Shown piece by piece: positions 52,261 through 64,000 of a DNA stretch of 64,000 nt; positions within the stretch are counted from its first letter, which is position 1, and every line of letters starts with the position of its first letter. Made by a program: the position numbers and the translations under genes. The notes under the pieces were generated by a model, which had not been told where the DNA came from, made no database searches, and worked only from the letters and a program-made list of their open reading frames with translations. The DNA is from Octopus sinensis. Taxonomy: Eukaryota. The stretch spans positions 37,696,001-37,760,000 of the forward strand of contig NC_043009.1 of the NCBI RefSeq assembly GCF_006345805.1, in the 5' to 3' direction.

Positions 52261-53089
52261 TAAGCTGTAAACCCATGTAAATGACTCTTGGAACAAACGT
52301 TTCATGGGTTGCTCTTATCAGACTTCAAAAGTTATTATTTATCTAAATTTAATTAGTATAATACACGAAATTTTGAGATTAAGTCACTTATGTAACTTTA
52401 GTGATAAAGGTATGTTTGTCTGTATGTATGCATGGGTGTTTATATAAATGTGTATATCTATATTTGTCTGTGCTATTTATGTAGGTATGTTTGTATGTAT
52501 ATTTGTATGTAATAATTATGTATTTATGTGTTTACTTTTGTATGCAAGTATATATGTGTATGTCTGCCTGTATGTAAGTATATATGTTTGTATATACACT
52601 CACATGTATGTGTGTGTGTGTGTGTATGCACATATATACACAAGATAACAATGTTATTTTTGTTATTAGACTTTCTACTGGTCAAGAGAGCAGAGATAAA
52701 AAAAAACACACGATTAATACATCATTTGTTCACACTTACACTAAAAAAGTACATATGAACATACATACACATGCACACTTGAATACACGTATACTCTTGC
52801 ATGTGAATAGTTTTTAACACATGCACAAATACATTTTCAACAAATCCTAATCCCGTACTTCCACGCACACACATACATGCACTCATGCAAACATAACAAC
52901 AGAGAAGCTGGAGATGATGGTGGTCAGCCTCTAGTGACATTTTTATAGGGTGGCATTTGGGTATGCCATATAAATCTACATAGCCTGTATTGCTGAGATG
53001 GTTGGGTGGCAGTAAACTCAAGAGTTGCTATCAGTGGCACACACTTTTGCTATGTTACTGTACATACATAGAAACATAGACACAGAGGG

Positions 53090-53580
53090 GATAATTACAA
53101 AAAAAAAAAAACAGGGACAACGATCAATATGGATTGAATTCGTTGGGGATATATGCAAAAAATGTTGAAATAGTACAAAAAGTTCCGAAGAAATGGGGAA
53201 GTTTATCTGTGGAAAGAAAAACCTACAAAAAGACCACAGTAACCTCGGGCAATAACGTCACATATTAACATATTTATTTACAAATAAGTAACTCTCTGTT
53301 TTAAATTTTTACGGTTCATGCTCAAGGTGGTTTCGTCATTCATACGTGCCATCCTTGCTACATTTACCCATCTTTTTTTGAAACAGTCGCTAGACAAAAC
53401 TTCCCTCTCTACTCTCACCTTCCTTTTCAAGTGATACTTGAAGAAGTTGATGAGAGATTGACCAGAGAGGAAAGTGTTTGTCTCTAATCCTTTCAGATGC
53501 ATCCACCAGATATATTCTTTTGCCATAGCTACAAGTATTATGAAAATAGCTCTTCCTTCCCGTTTGAAGGAAGGAGGCGT
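53090..53580 (-). mobile_element. Non-LTR retrotransposon 3' end (L1/Tx1-like by inference)
   Basis: AMAKEYIWW...LINFFKYHLKRKVRVER...CFKKRWV. The 3'UTR is repeated at about 56560-56790. Confidence 0.55.
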
Positions 53581-55063
53581 GATAGATAGATAGATAGATA
53601 CATACATACATACATAAACCCACACATACCTATCTTCATGAATGCACACTTACATCCATGCATACATACATGAATGCATACATACATGAATGCATACATA
53701 CTTCCATACATACATGCAATCTTACATGTATGTATGTAGGAATCATTTTTGCATCATGGGATCAAAACAATATCTGAGCGATCATTTAGGTGGTCTACTT
53801 GTCAGGCAAGTGCTTCGCTCTGAGACTGTGTGCAGAAACCAAAACAATTACAGCATGGAAGACCTGTGGTCAAAGATATTCTAGCTGTTTTAATTATCCC
53901 CAGGTCAACTTTGTCTGAACAAATGCGTGATCAAAGTTGTTCTGGCTACAATTATTTTATTGTGCTCAGCCCCAAGTCAGTCTTGACTGAATAGGTTTAT
54001 GCTCAAAGACATTCCAGCTATGACCATGTGATTGAAAAGAAATATTGTCAGTTGTTCCAACCATGGCAATCATGTCTTTTTTTTTTGTTTTTTTATCATT
54101 TTCTGGTAGAGTGTATTTAAGGTTATTTTTTTATTCAGCACATTTGTCCCCTTTTCTTTTTAACACTGTAGAATATGATTTGAGGGGGGTTAAGCTGTTT
54201 TTTTTTTCTTGTAGGTCAATAGAGGCAATCTCAGATATGAGCAGATGCTGAAAGATTCCTGGCTTTAAGGGTATTGTGAAAGACCTGTTTGGAGGAGCAA
54301 CCTTGTGAGTTCTTTTAGAAAAACTGAAGGGTTGCTGCAATAAGTGTGTGAATCTAAGATGGGAATATGTTAAATAAAATCATAATTAACTGATCTTCTT
54401 GTATTTTCTTTTACCTAAAGCCAGGAATTTTTTGGCACTTCCTCATATATGAACAGCATTCTAATGTGGGTCTAGGACATTTGTGTCTCAGCTATAAGAG
54501 TAGTATTGTAAATTTCATTTTAAGATTGTTGTAAAAGTGTACCATATCCAATATTTACAGTTGTCACCTACTCTTCCCTATCTTCTCTACTTATCATCAC
54601 TCAATACTTGTTCTTCCTTCTTTATATTCACTCCTCAACCACTTCCCATCTCTTGCAACCTCCACCTACCCACACTACTGGTTATTCTGCCCCCCTCCCC
54701 ACTCATTTCTACTCACCTCTTAACTTGAGAGTTCACACACATGTCATCCTCACTGTTATTTCTTCTTAGCTCTATGCATAATCATGTATATCCTCTCTTT
54801 TATAATGTGAGTAGCCATGTAGCTCCTCCACAGCAAGAAAGCTGGATTGCTCTGGTCCCTTCCCTCTCATGCTTTAATCCTTCATCTCCAATCTGCCAAA
54901 CCTGTTCAACCCATGCCAGTATGGGTCATGGATATTAAATGCTAACAATGATGACGCAATATTAGTAGTGCTCTCTCATATGCAAGTGTGTGTATGTATC
55001 TGTAACGTGGTCAAAGGTGGTGTGTGTGTTTAGTACTGTGTCAGATATGTGAGCAGTAGTGTA

Positions 55064-55460
55064 ATCATCATCATCATCATCGTTTAACGTCCGTTTTCCG
55101 TGCTAGCAAGGGTTGGACGGTTCGACCAGGGTCTGGAAAGCCAGGAGGCTGCATCAGGCTCCAGTCTGATCTGGCAGTGTTTCTACAGCTGGATGCCCTT
55201 CCCAATGCCAACCACTCCATGAGTGTAGTGGGTGCTTTTTATGCGCAACTGGCACAAGTGCCAGGGGGAGGCTGGTAGCGGCCACGATCAGATGGTGCTT
55301 TTTACTTGCCACCGGCACAGAAGCCAGTCAAGGTGGCACTGGCATTGGCCACGTTCGGATGGTGCTTTTTACGTGCTACCGGCACAGGTATCACAACTAC
55401 AATTTCCATTTGATATTTATTTTCATGTTGATGTACTTGACTCAATAGGTCTCCTCAAGT
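55064..55460 (-). mobile_element. RTE 3' end copy
   Basis: Nearly the same as 16748-17135. Confidence 0.85.
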
Positions 55461-56132
55461 GGGTTTTATTTGAGTTTAGTAGATGGTCATAATCTGGTAA
55501 GAACTGACGTAGATTCTGGCTCTGAAAAAGAATCCTAGTTTTTTGGGGAATGTAATTTTGACAATATTAAGTATGTGATGTCATTGTGAAAGGTTACTCT
55601 GAGAGATCATCATAAAAAGTCATCAAAGATTGTGAAGCTTAGCATTTTTGAGAAAACACTACAACTGTTGTTAGTTTAAGAACCTGAAGTAAAGTAAAAT
55701 TTTGTTTGTTTTCTTTCATCCTTTTGTTTGTATCAGTCATTTAACTGCGGCCATACTGAAGTACTGTCTTGAAGGGTTTTTAATCGAACAAATTAATTTT
55801 AATCTGTTGGTCTCTTTTGTGGAAGTGCTAAGTTATGGGAACATAAACACACCAACACCGGTTGTCAAGCAGTGAAATATAGAGTCTTCTATGTCCCCAT
55901 GTCGACCAATGTTTTGTGAGTGAATTTGGGGGATGGAGGCCATGTAGAAGCCTGTCATGTTTGTATGTGTGTGTCTATGTTTGGACGCCCAACTGTTCGA
56001 CTTCTGTTGTTGGTTTGTTTAAATTCCCTTAAGTTAGCTGCTTGGCAAAAGAGACTAATAGAATAAGTGCCAAAGTTGAAAAATAAGTACTGGGGTCGCA
56101 GTCTTATAACAGAAGCAGGTGCAAGATAAAAG

Positions 56133-56176
<44 letters not shown>

Positions 56177-57440
56177 TATGAATGGCTCCTACACAGTTTC
56201 CAACTGTCAAATTCACTCACAAGGTATTGATCGGACCAAGGCTATAGCAGAAAATACTTGACTATGGTATCGCACAGTGGGACCTGATCCCGAAATCAAG
56301 AGGTTGCAAAACTAGCTTCTTAATCAAAAAGCAATAATAATTTTAAAATAATCAATAATTAAACGAGCCTTATTCATTGTAAATAACCATCCCCATCCAT
56401 TCTGGAGCCAGTAAAATTTTCCTTGGGCTAGAGGCAGAAGCTGCATAGGAGGCTCCTCTGTCAGGGACTCTTCTTTATTAGCCACACAGGGCTGGACACA
56501 GACGGGACAAATTACAAAGTAGAGCTTTTCTTTTTGGGGAGGAAAAAAAAAGTGGGGTAGGTTTTCGATCAAAAGGGATCGTAGAAAGGAAAAAAAAACG
56601 ATCAATAGGGATCGTGTATCACAGGAATGTCATGATGTAAAGTGTAAAGGGGGAAGCTGATAAGGTTTATCGATGGAAAGAAAAGCCTACGGAAAAGACC
56701 ACGGTAACCTCGGTCATTAATGTCACATGTTAACACATTTATTTGCAAGTAAGTAACTCTCTGTTTTAAATTTTTCCGGGTTCAAAGGATTATGCTCAAG
56801 GTGTCCGAAACTGTCAGTTTCGATACCAAAGTGGGCGTTAACAACACACACGTTTTTAATTGCACATCGTTAAAAAAAAAAAAGGGAAAAAAAATTCTGC
56901 AGCCAGAGCCAATTCTTCGTCATAGTATAATCGAAGATCGATGTATCTATTAAACGAACATACAGTACTTAGATACAAACACGCAACCAACCAATCAATC
57001 ATTTTTTTTTAACACCTGTACGATCAATATATACAGTTGTAAGCGCCCCCATCCCGCACGCCGCCTTCCAATTCGACTTTCATCTAAGTACAACACAAAT
57101 TGTAGATTTTTGATCATATGAATTTTCTATCATACGACACCGATTTGATTAAAGTGGGTAGGGGTAGTGCGTTCGTATTCACTATATAGGAACACACACA
57201 GACACACACATATATATATATCATGTGTATGTATGTACACACACACATAAAAATTTATAATATGATAGTGGGGTAGATGTAATGTCCTTTAGTCACATGC
57301 ACACACACACCGTGTGTGTACGGATACCTCCACACGTTACATAGTACATTCACACACACACATACACGATTACGATAGTGACATATCCACACGCATACAC
57401 ACACATGTGACTATGTAGATAAAACAGAAAAAAGAGGGAG

Positions 57441-57480
57441 TAACGTCATAACAGCCGGAACAAATAGTTTGTTATAAATA
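57441..57480 (+). promoter_or_regulatory. Core promoter: CRE-like TAACGTCA, ETS-like CCGGAA and TATA box
   Basis: TAACGTCA at 57441-48, CCGGAA at 57455-60 and TATAAATA at 57473-80, about 130 bp upstream of accATG in a CpG-retaining region. Confidence 0.65.
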
Positions 57481-57605
57481 CGAGCCTCTCTGACGGGGAG
57501 ATATTACTGCTTAGACATCTGCTCTTTCAGTAACAGCGTATACTATTGTCACGATAGGCTTTGTTTGTTGATCACTGATATTTTTCATAGCAGAAGACAA
57601 ATACC

Positions 57606-57716
57606 ATGAAGCTCTTATTGTTATCGTGTTTGGTAGGCTTCTGCCTGGCAGATAATGTCTTAAGATATCAACCCCATCGTCCTGCACAGGTCAACCTGGA
57701 ACGTTTTAGAACATGG
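57606..57716 (+). CDS. First coding exon of a secreted protein (MKLLLLSCLVGFCLA-DNVLRYQPHRPAQVNLERFRTW)
   Basis: Kozak-like accATG, a classic 15-aa signal peptide ending CLA, a phase-0 donor TGG|GTAAGT and an upstream TATA box. No downstream exon was identified in the window. Confidence 0.8.
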
Positions 57717-57890
57717 GTAAGTCACTCTCACGATGCCGTTCTCTCTCTGTCTATCGTTGTCTCCGAATCGACTTATCTATCTTTTTGAAATATTAGAATC
57801 TTCACTACTCCTGGCAATCTATCTATCTGTAACAGGCTACCGGTGCTTTGCATTTCCTTTCCTTACTCTTGCTTATAATATCCTCTAGAG

Positions 57891-58091
57891 CAGTGATTTT
57901 CAACCAGGGTTCCGCCAGTACAATGCAGGGGTTCCGCAAGAAGTTACAAAACTGCTAAAATCGGCAGTAATTTGTAAGTCTCCTCTGCAGATATGTGTAC
58001 ATAAGACTATTAAATTATTGCACAGGGGTTCCTCGAGCCAGTGGAATGTTTCCTTGGGGTTCCGCTCCAGCAAAAAGTTTGAAAAGCACTG
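57891..58091. mobile_element. hAT (Charlie-like) MITE
   Basis: TIRs cagtgattttcaa / ttgaaaagcactg with a perfect 8-bp TSD ctctagag. Confidence 0.9.
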
Positions 58092-59009
58092 CTCTAGAGG
58101 ATCGGAAGGCAGTCAGACATGACCACTTACGTAAGTGGTGGCCTTTTCTACTTGACTGCTTCTATCTGCCACACCTTATTCTTTTGTGTAGGCCTTAGTT
58201 TTTCTGCAGCACATCGGTGGCTTATTTGTGTACTAACGTAAATGGAAAGAAAGGTACCCAAACATCTACATAGTCGCTCGACATGCTAAAAAGTAGCAGT
58301 CAAAATTCCCCCCAATCCACACAATATTTTTCAGAACTGGCACATTGAATAAGACAGTTTGAGATACATAATTCCTTGTTGGGATGTTGCTCGAACAGGA
58401 TTGATTTGGAGCCAAAAAAATAACTCGAGTGAATGAAGTTTCATAACATTCTTCCTTTCTATTTTTTTTTTTCATAATAACCGGCCATTCGACACTCGCC
58501 CCGATATCAGAAGCTGGTCAGCGTTAATTATACCATTATCTCGGCTACTGTCGTGATATTTGGACACTTGGCGAAGAGTCTACCATGATCTCTGTTTCAT
58601 TTTCGAATCCCTATTCCTGTTATATATGTAAACAAAGATTCGTGATAAAAAAAATATACGTATATTTTCGTTTACGCGTACGACTACAATAAAATACTTT
58701 AATCTACATACAACATTTGATTAATTAACATAAGATTTTACTTCATTAGTCAATATAGATAGATTAATGGAGGAAAAGGTTTTTTTTTTTTTTTTCGCCA
58801 ATCATCATTTCGGAGATTCTACTAATGTAAACAGAATATGTATTGGAAATTCACCAGTTTTCATTCATTCAGAACCATGGTACCACATGCCCTTTTCACA
58901 TTCTGATTCTACAATACTTTTTCTTCAACACATACACACGCTTTTATATACTAGTTTTTTTAGTAATAGCCACATATATATTTTAAATATTGTAAATACA
59001 AATAATATT

Positions 59010-59043
<34 letters not shown>

Positions 59044-59558
59044 AGATTTCTGTATTATTATTTTTTTTAACTGATATTGAAACTAACTAAAAATAATCTA
59101 AATGAAACGGTGAATAATGTAATCGCCCCGGGTACAGAATTCCTGGGTGGAAGAGAAGACAGGATGGTTATAAATGGAAATGCTATTGATTACAGATTAA
59201 GAAGCAACATAAATATTAGGGGACATACTTCCAGAAAGGACCTGATATTGAGGGACACCGGCCGAAAGTAACGCTTTTCGACCGGTGCTGATGGAGAGCC
59301 CCTACCTATAAACCTTACAAAGTCGTGAAGTTTAAAGATCCGAAGAATCAATAGAAGATATTTCTGTGGTATAGCTTAGCTCATGGAAACTTAAAAGCTC
59401 AGTCAGTCTTTCTCAAAGCAGCAGCGCTAGTAATAATTAACGATGTGAAAAGTTCTCACGTCATTAATTATTACTAAACATCAAATTCCTCTTCTCACTG
59501 AGAAAAGAAAATTTGATGTTTCGGCAATATCCCTTTGTCTGGGAAAGAAAAGAAATTG

Positions 59559-60322
59559 GGCAGAATTCTGGTTTAAGCACCCCTTATAACCCCTCATAAC
59601 TTTTTATATATTTTTTTAATTTTCAGAAAATTTTTGTGAATTTGTGTTCTATACACGGGATTTTATAAGAATATTGGAAAAAATTTGCGTGATTTTCGGG
59701 CGACTTAACCTGTAATTTTTAGCACATTTCACGACCACCTGATACCTTCCTCATTTCTTTGTCATTTTGACATGTAGTGATGTTTTTCAATATTTTTCTC
59801 CCCATAAACACATTTAATGATGCACCGAAGAATGGTCAGTTGTTGGTATTTAAGCAAAAAATTCGGACTACGTATTTTTTCACGCTAAGAGTTGCTGAAG
59901 TATGGAACAGACTGCCGGCATCAGTTGTTAGTTGTCGGAGCACTGCATCCTTCAAAACTTCCATGCTTCCTGAGATTCGCCAACACTACACCTGATTCCC
60001 CCCCCCCATACACACGCAAGCATGTATCTGACTCATACACTGTTCGCTTTCCAGACATTTGTACATTACTGCATATACTTTATATGCACTTTTGACAAGT
60101 TGTGGTGCACCTGAGCACTATACAATAATTTCATTATTATTATTTTTAAACTCAGATTAAAAAAAAAAAAAAGATTTGAAGAAGAGTGGAACTTTTAGGA
60201 TTTGGTGGTAGTGGGGTGGGGTGGGGTTCTCATAATCGTATGAGAAACACATTCACAAGAATTTTCTGAAAATTTCAAAAAATAAAAAAAAAGCTATGGG
60301 GTGCTTAAACCTGAATTTCGCC
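59559..60322. mobile_element. MITE with about 100-bp imperfect TIRs containing a LINE insert
   Basis: ggcagaattctggtttaagcacccc / ggggtgcttaaacctgaatttcgcc. Confidence 0.7.
59864..60145 (+). mobile_element. CR1-type LINE extreme 3' end with (ATT)n tail
   Basis: FFTLRVAEVWNRLPASVV...FK motif, stop codon, 3'UTR, ttcattattattatt. Confidence 0.85.
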
Positions 60323-61089
60323 ACCTTTTTTTTCTGTCTCACTCGGACGAAGGTTCAATCCTGAAACAGCTGACACTTCTTCCCACTTCTGATATGAACT
60401 GCACTGCATAATTTTTACCAACGCAGACCACCATCGGTTTGTTGGTCACTACAAATAGTTTTCCTCCTCTCTCTTGAAATGTGCCATGCCAGCAGGCGTT
60501 TGTGATCATAGATCCCCATGCCAAAGTCTGAAGATTTGTGATGTTTTTATGAGGAAAGATACAGCTGTGGTTTTTTGCTGTCTTCTGCTGGTTTATTTCC
60601 AATTTACCCTGCTTAGCCTTCAGACATTGGACTTATTTTAGACTTTAGGTAGTGGAACTGGTTTACATGACATCAGGACATGTTTATACACAGGTAGCCT
60701 GTGTAATGAATGTCTAGACTCTGATCTTCTTGATGGCTGGAATGTAGGCATTTGTCATTCAGGGTAGGTCTCTGGTTTGAGGATATCTTGCTCTTTCCCT
60801 CTCACCAGGCTTGAAGTTCCTGTTAGATGTCATGAGCACTGCCTTAACTATGGGACCACTTGTTATTTGATCCATAACTGGTCCCTGATAGGTACTGCTG
60901 CTGTGCTGACTGGAGAGAAAATGTATAAACGGTGTTTAGAACTGGCAGTGGGAACTACTAAACACCATTTATACATTTTTTCATTTTCTCTCCAGTCAGA
61001 GGCAATGACAAAAGACCGAGACCTCTGAAGATGTGCTATGACTATGAAGACCTGACAAATAATGTGAGTTCATGGCTGTTTCCTGCACC

Positions 61090-61545
61090 AGCTTCACATA
61101 GCAGCCCCAGCCCATCCAAAGTACCTTGGATTGCAGGATGGCCTGCTGTGCTTACATTGGTTTGTAGGGCAACCTGCTGTGCTTGAGGAGACCTATTGAG
61201 TCAGATGGAAATTGTAAATGTGATACCTGTGCTGGTGGCACGTAAAAAGCACCATCAGAACATGGCCGATGCCAGCGCTGCCTTGATTGGCTTCCGTGCC
61301 GGTAGCACGTAAAAAGCACCAACTGATCGTGGCAGTTGCCAGCCTCCCCTGGCACCTGTGCTGGTGGCATGTAAAAAGCACCCACTACTCTCACGGAGTG
61401 GTTGGCGTTAGGAAGGGCATCGAGCTGTAGAAACACTGCCAGATCAGACGGGAGCTTGGTGCAGCCTCCTGGGTTCCCAGACCCCAGTCGAACCGTCCAA
61501 CCCATGCTAGAATGGAAAACGGACGTTAAACGATGATCATGATGA
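61090..61545 (+). mobile_element. RTE 3' end copy
   Basis: Ends ccatgctagaatggaaaacggacgttaaacgatgat. Confidence 0.85.
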
Positions 61546-61861
61546 TTCTCATTTTAAAAATCATCTCTGGCTAATCCTTGAGAGGACATTGGTGTTATCT
61601 TGGTGGTGTTTTGTGCTCTTGTTAGTAAATAATTTCATTACACGAATAAAAGTAAAGCAAAACATGTGTAAACAAGAAGAAATAGAAATAAACACCCCCA
61701 AAACTAGTATTCCTTAAAAAAAAAAACAACCTAAAACATAATTTAACAAAAAATAAAATCGAATTCTGACATTTTGGTTCAGCCTGATTAAACAGAACTA
61801 TTGTCAGAAGCACCCCAGCCTTGAACAGCTTGCCTTTCTTTCAGATGTAATGCATTCATGG

Positions 61862-62225
61862 TGGAAGTGCAATGGCCCAGTGGTTAGGGCAGCGGACACG
61901 CAGTCATAGGATAGTGGTTTTGATTCCCAGATCTGGCGTTGTGAGTGTTTAATGAGTGAACACATAAAGTTCCATGAGTCTCCAACAGGAGGTGGTCGCG
62001 AACCCTGCTGTATTCTTTCACTACAACTTTCTTTATTTCTGTTGTACCTATATTTCAAAGGGCCAGCCTTTTGACACTTTGTGTCACGCTGAATCTCCCC
62101 CAGAACTATGTTAAGGATACATGTGTCTGTAGAGTGCACATCCACTTGCACGTTAATTTCATGAGCAGGTTGTTCCGTTGATCGGATCAACTGGAACCCT
62201 CGTCATCATAACTGACGTAGTGCCA
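61862..62225 (+). mobile_element. tRNA-derived SINE family C
   Basis: A box TGGCCCAGTGGTTAGG, B-box-like GGTTTTGATTCCC and family body. Confidence 0.75.
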
Positions 62226-62294
62226 CGATAACTGCATTCAAATCTACATTAGCTTAAGGAAATGTTGCTTTTTAGAGCGCATGTTTTAGTAACA

Positions 62295-62615
62295 TCATCA
62301 TCGTTTATCATCCGCTTTCCATGCTTGAGATCTGGCAGACCAGACTCCAATCTGATCTGGTAGAGTTTCTACAGCTGGATGCCCTTCCTAATGCCAACCA
62401 TTCCGAGAGTGTAGTGGGTGCTTTTATGTGCCACCGGCACGAGGGCCAGTCAAGGTGGTACTGGCAACGGCCACGCACAAATGGTGCTTTTTATGTGCCA
62501 CCTGCACAGGAGCCAGTCCAGCAGCACTGGCAACTACCTTGCTCGAATGTTTTTTCACGTGCCCCCGGCACAAGTGCTAGTAAGGCGACGCAGGTAATGA
62601 TCACACTTGAATGGT
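62295..62615 (-). mobile_element. RTE 3' end copy
   Basis: (CAT)n followed by the core ctacagctggatgcccttcctaatgccaacc. Confidence 0.8.
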
Positions 62616-63607
62616 AGGAAAGTGCTTGAGTAGAAGTAAAACTCATGTATGCATTCTCATACACTTTCATGCACTCAAACATCTACATAGACTCACACAC
62701 ACACACACACGTATACTTCTTTCTTTCTCTCTCTCTTCCTCCCTCTCTCCTATACATGTACATACATATGTTACTGGATATAGGTTTAGTTTTTATTTAG
62801 TTGGTTGCTCTGGTAATGAACTTTGGTATTTGTGATTCAGTAAGATAGCCTCAGTGTGGTAGCTCGACTTGCTAGAAATAAGTAAAAAAGCCTACAAATC
62901 ATGTCCTACCATTTTAGAATATGGCGTTTAGGATATACTATACCTGAAAAAAAGGTGGAATGGTTATGGTTGGAACTCTTTTGATTATAAATATGTTCAA
63001 TCAGGCTGGGTCTGGAACATGTCCTGAATTCAGATTCCACCAAGGTCAAATTTGCCTTTCATTCTTTCAAGATCAATGTAAAAAATTGATCAATCCAGTG
63101 TGGTGGATTACAAGAGCTGTAAGAATATTGAATACAATACTTTGGGGCTATTTTATTTCTGCTCTTTGTATTCTGAGTTCAAATCTCACCACAGCCTATT
63201 TGGGTGATGAGATTAGCCCTGTAGCATTCAGATTACTTGTCAAATGTTATATATTCACATTTTTTATAAAATTAATCCTGTATTATCTTTTAGCTTTGAG
63301 ATTTCAAAGATGTGATTATTTATTTTTAGTATGACATTGCTGGGTAAGTGTGAAAGACTGAATCTTACCAGTTTGAACATAAAACAGGTAGAATATTTGG
63401 GCCTGGAATGGCTGGTTTAAATGTTAAAGGGTTGTCCACTTTAACATTACCATCTGATCTGATCCCTAATGGGAAGGAATGTTATATGATATACAGTGGG
63501 GGGAAATAAATATTTGTACATGTCAAAATTCTTTATTTAATTTCTATTGAACATAAATGGGATATACCAATACTATATTTGCATACACATGCACAAACTA
63601 AGAATAT

Positions 63608-63865
63608 GGCTCCTGTGCAGGTGGCATGTAAGAAAACACCACTTGAGTGTGGTCGTTACTAGTACCGTTTGACTGGCCCTCGTGCTGGTGGCATGTAAAA
63701 GCACCCACTACACTCTCGGAGTGGTTGGCGTTAGGAAGGGCATCCAGCTGTAGAAACTCTGCCAGATCAGACTGGAGCCTGGTGCAGCCATCTGGTTCAC
63801 CAGTCCTCAGTCAAACTGTCCAACCCATGCCAGCATGGAAAGCAAACGTTAAACGATGATGATGA
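63608..63865 (+). mobile_element. RTE 3' end copy
   Basis: Core plus ccatgccagcatggaaagcaaacgttaaacgatgatgatgat. Confidence 0.85.
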
Positions 63866-64000
63866 TATATATATATATATATACATACACATAAATGTAT
63901 ATATATACCCAATGACTGGTGTAGCAACATTATACTCAGCTGTTACAAAAGTAAAGGAGATGCCTTAGAAGTCATTACAGAAGTGTCAAATTGTTGGACA

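Noticed and set aside
57717-57788. Remainder of the 60-aa ORF
   Set aside because: It lies after a consensus GTAAGT donor and is probably intron.
59077-59271. 64-aa plus-strand ORF as exon 2 of the secreted gene
   Set aside because: No convincing polypyrimidine-AG acceptor in phase 0 and no recognisable homology.
60339-60900. 87-aa minus-strand ORF as a gene or as exon 2
   Set aside because: Wrong strand for the secreted gene and no recognised domain. Adjacent RNFKPGE...HVNQF traces hint at a decayed gypsy integrase tail, but too weakly to call.

Overview
AT-rich, microsatellite- and transposon-dense eukaryotic DNA. The repeat families (tRNA-derived SINEs, RTE 3' ends with (GAT)n tails) resemble those of octopus genomes; the taxon is inferred from repeat recognition only. 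Three candidate host coding segments are supported: a 308-aa orphan ORF (4610-5536, -), a 195-aa ORF with a CCDC190-like N-terminal helix (24668-25255, +), and the first coding exon of a TATA-box, signal-peptide gene (57606-57716, +). Most other sequence is decayed mobile DNA: RTE, CR1-group, R4-like and Penelope-like retroelements, mariner and DD35D pogo transposons, and many MITEs and Helitrons, often nested. The most notable signal is a set of Penelope-type minimal hammerhead-ribozyme motifs in non-coding elements with inverted or direct terminal repeats, including one inside a tRNA-headed SINE (43166-43500). Repeat boundaries were read by eye and are approximate unless a TSD or TIR is stated.
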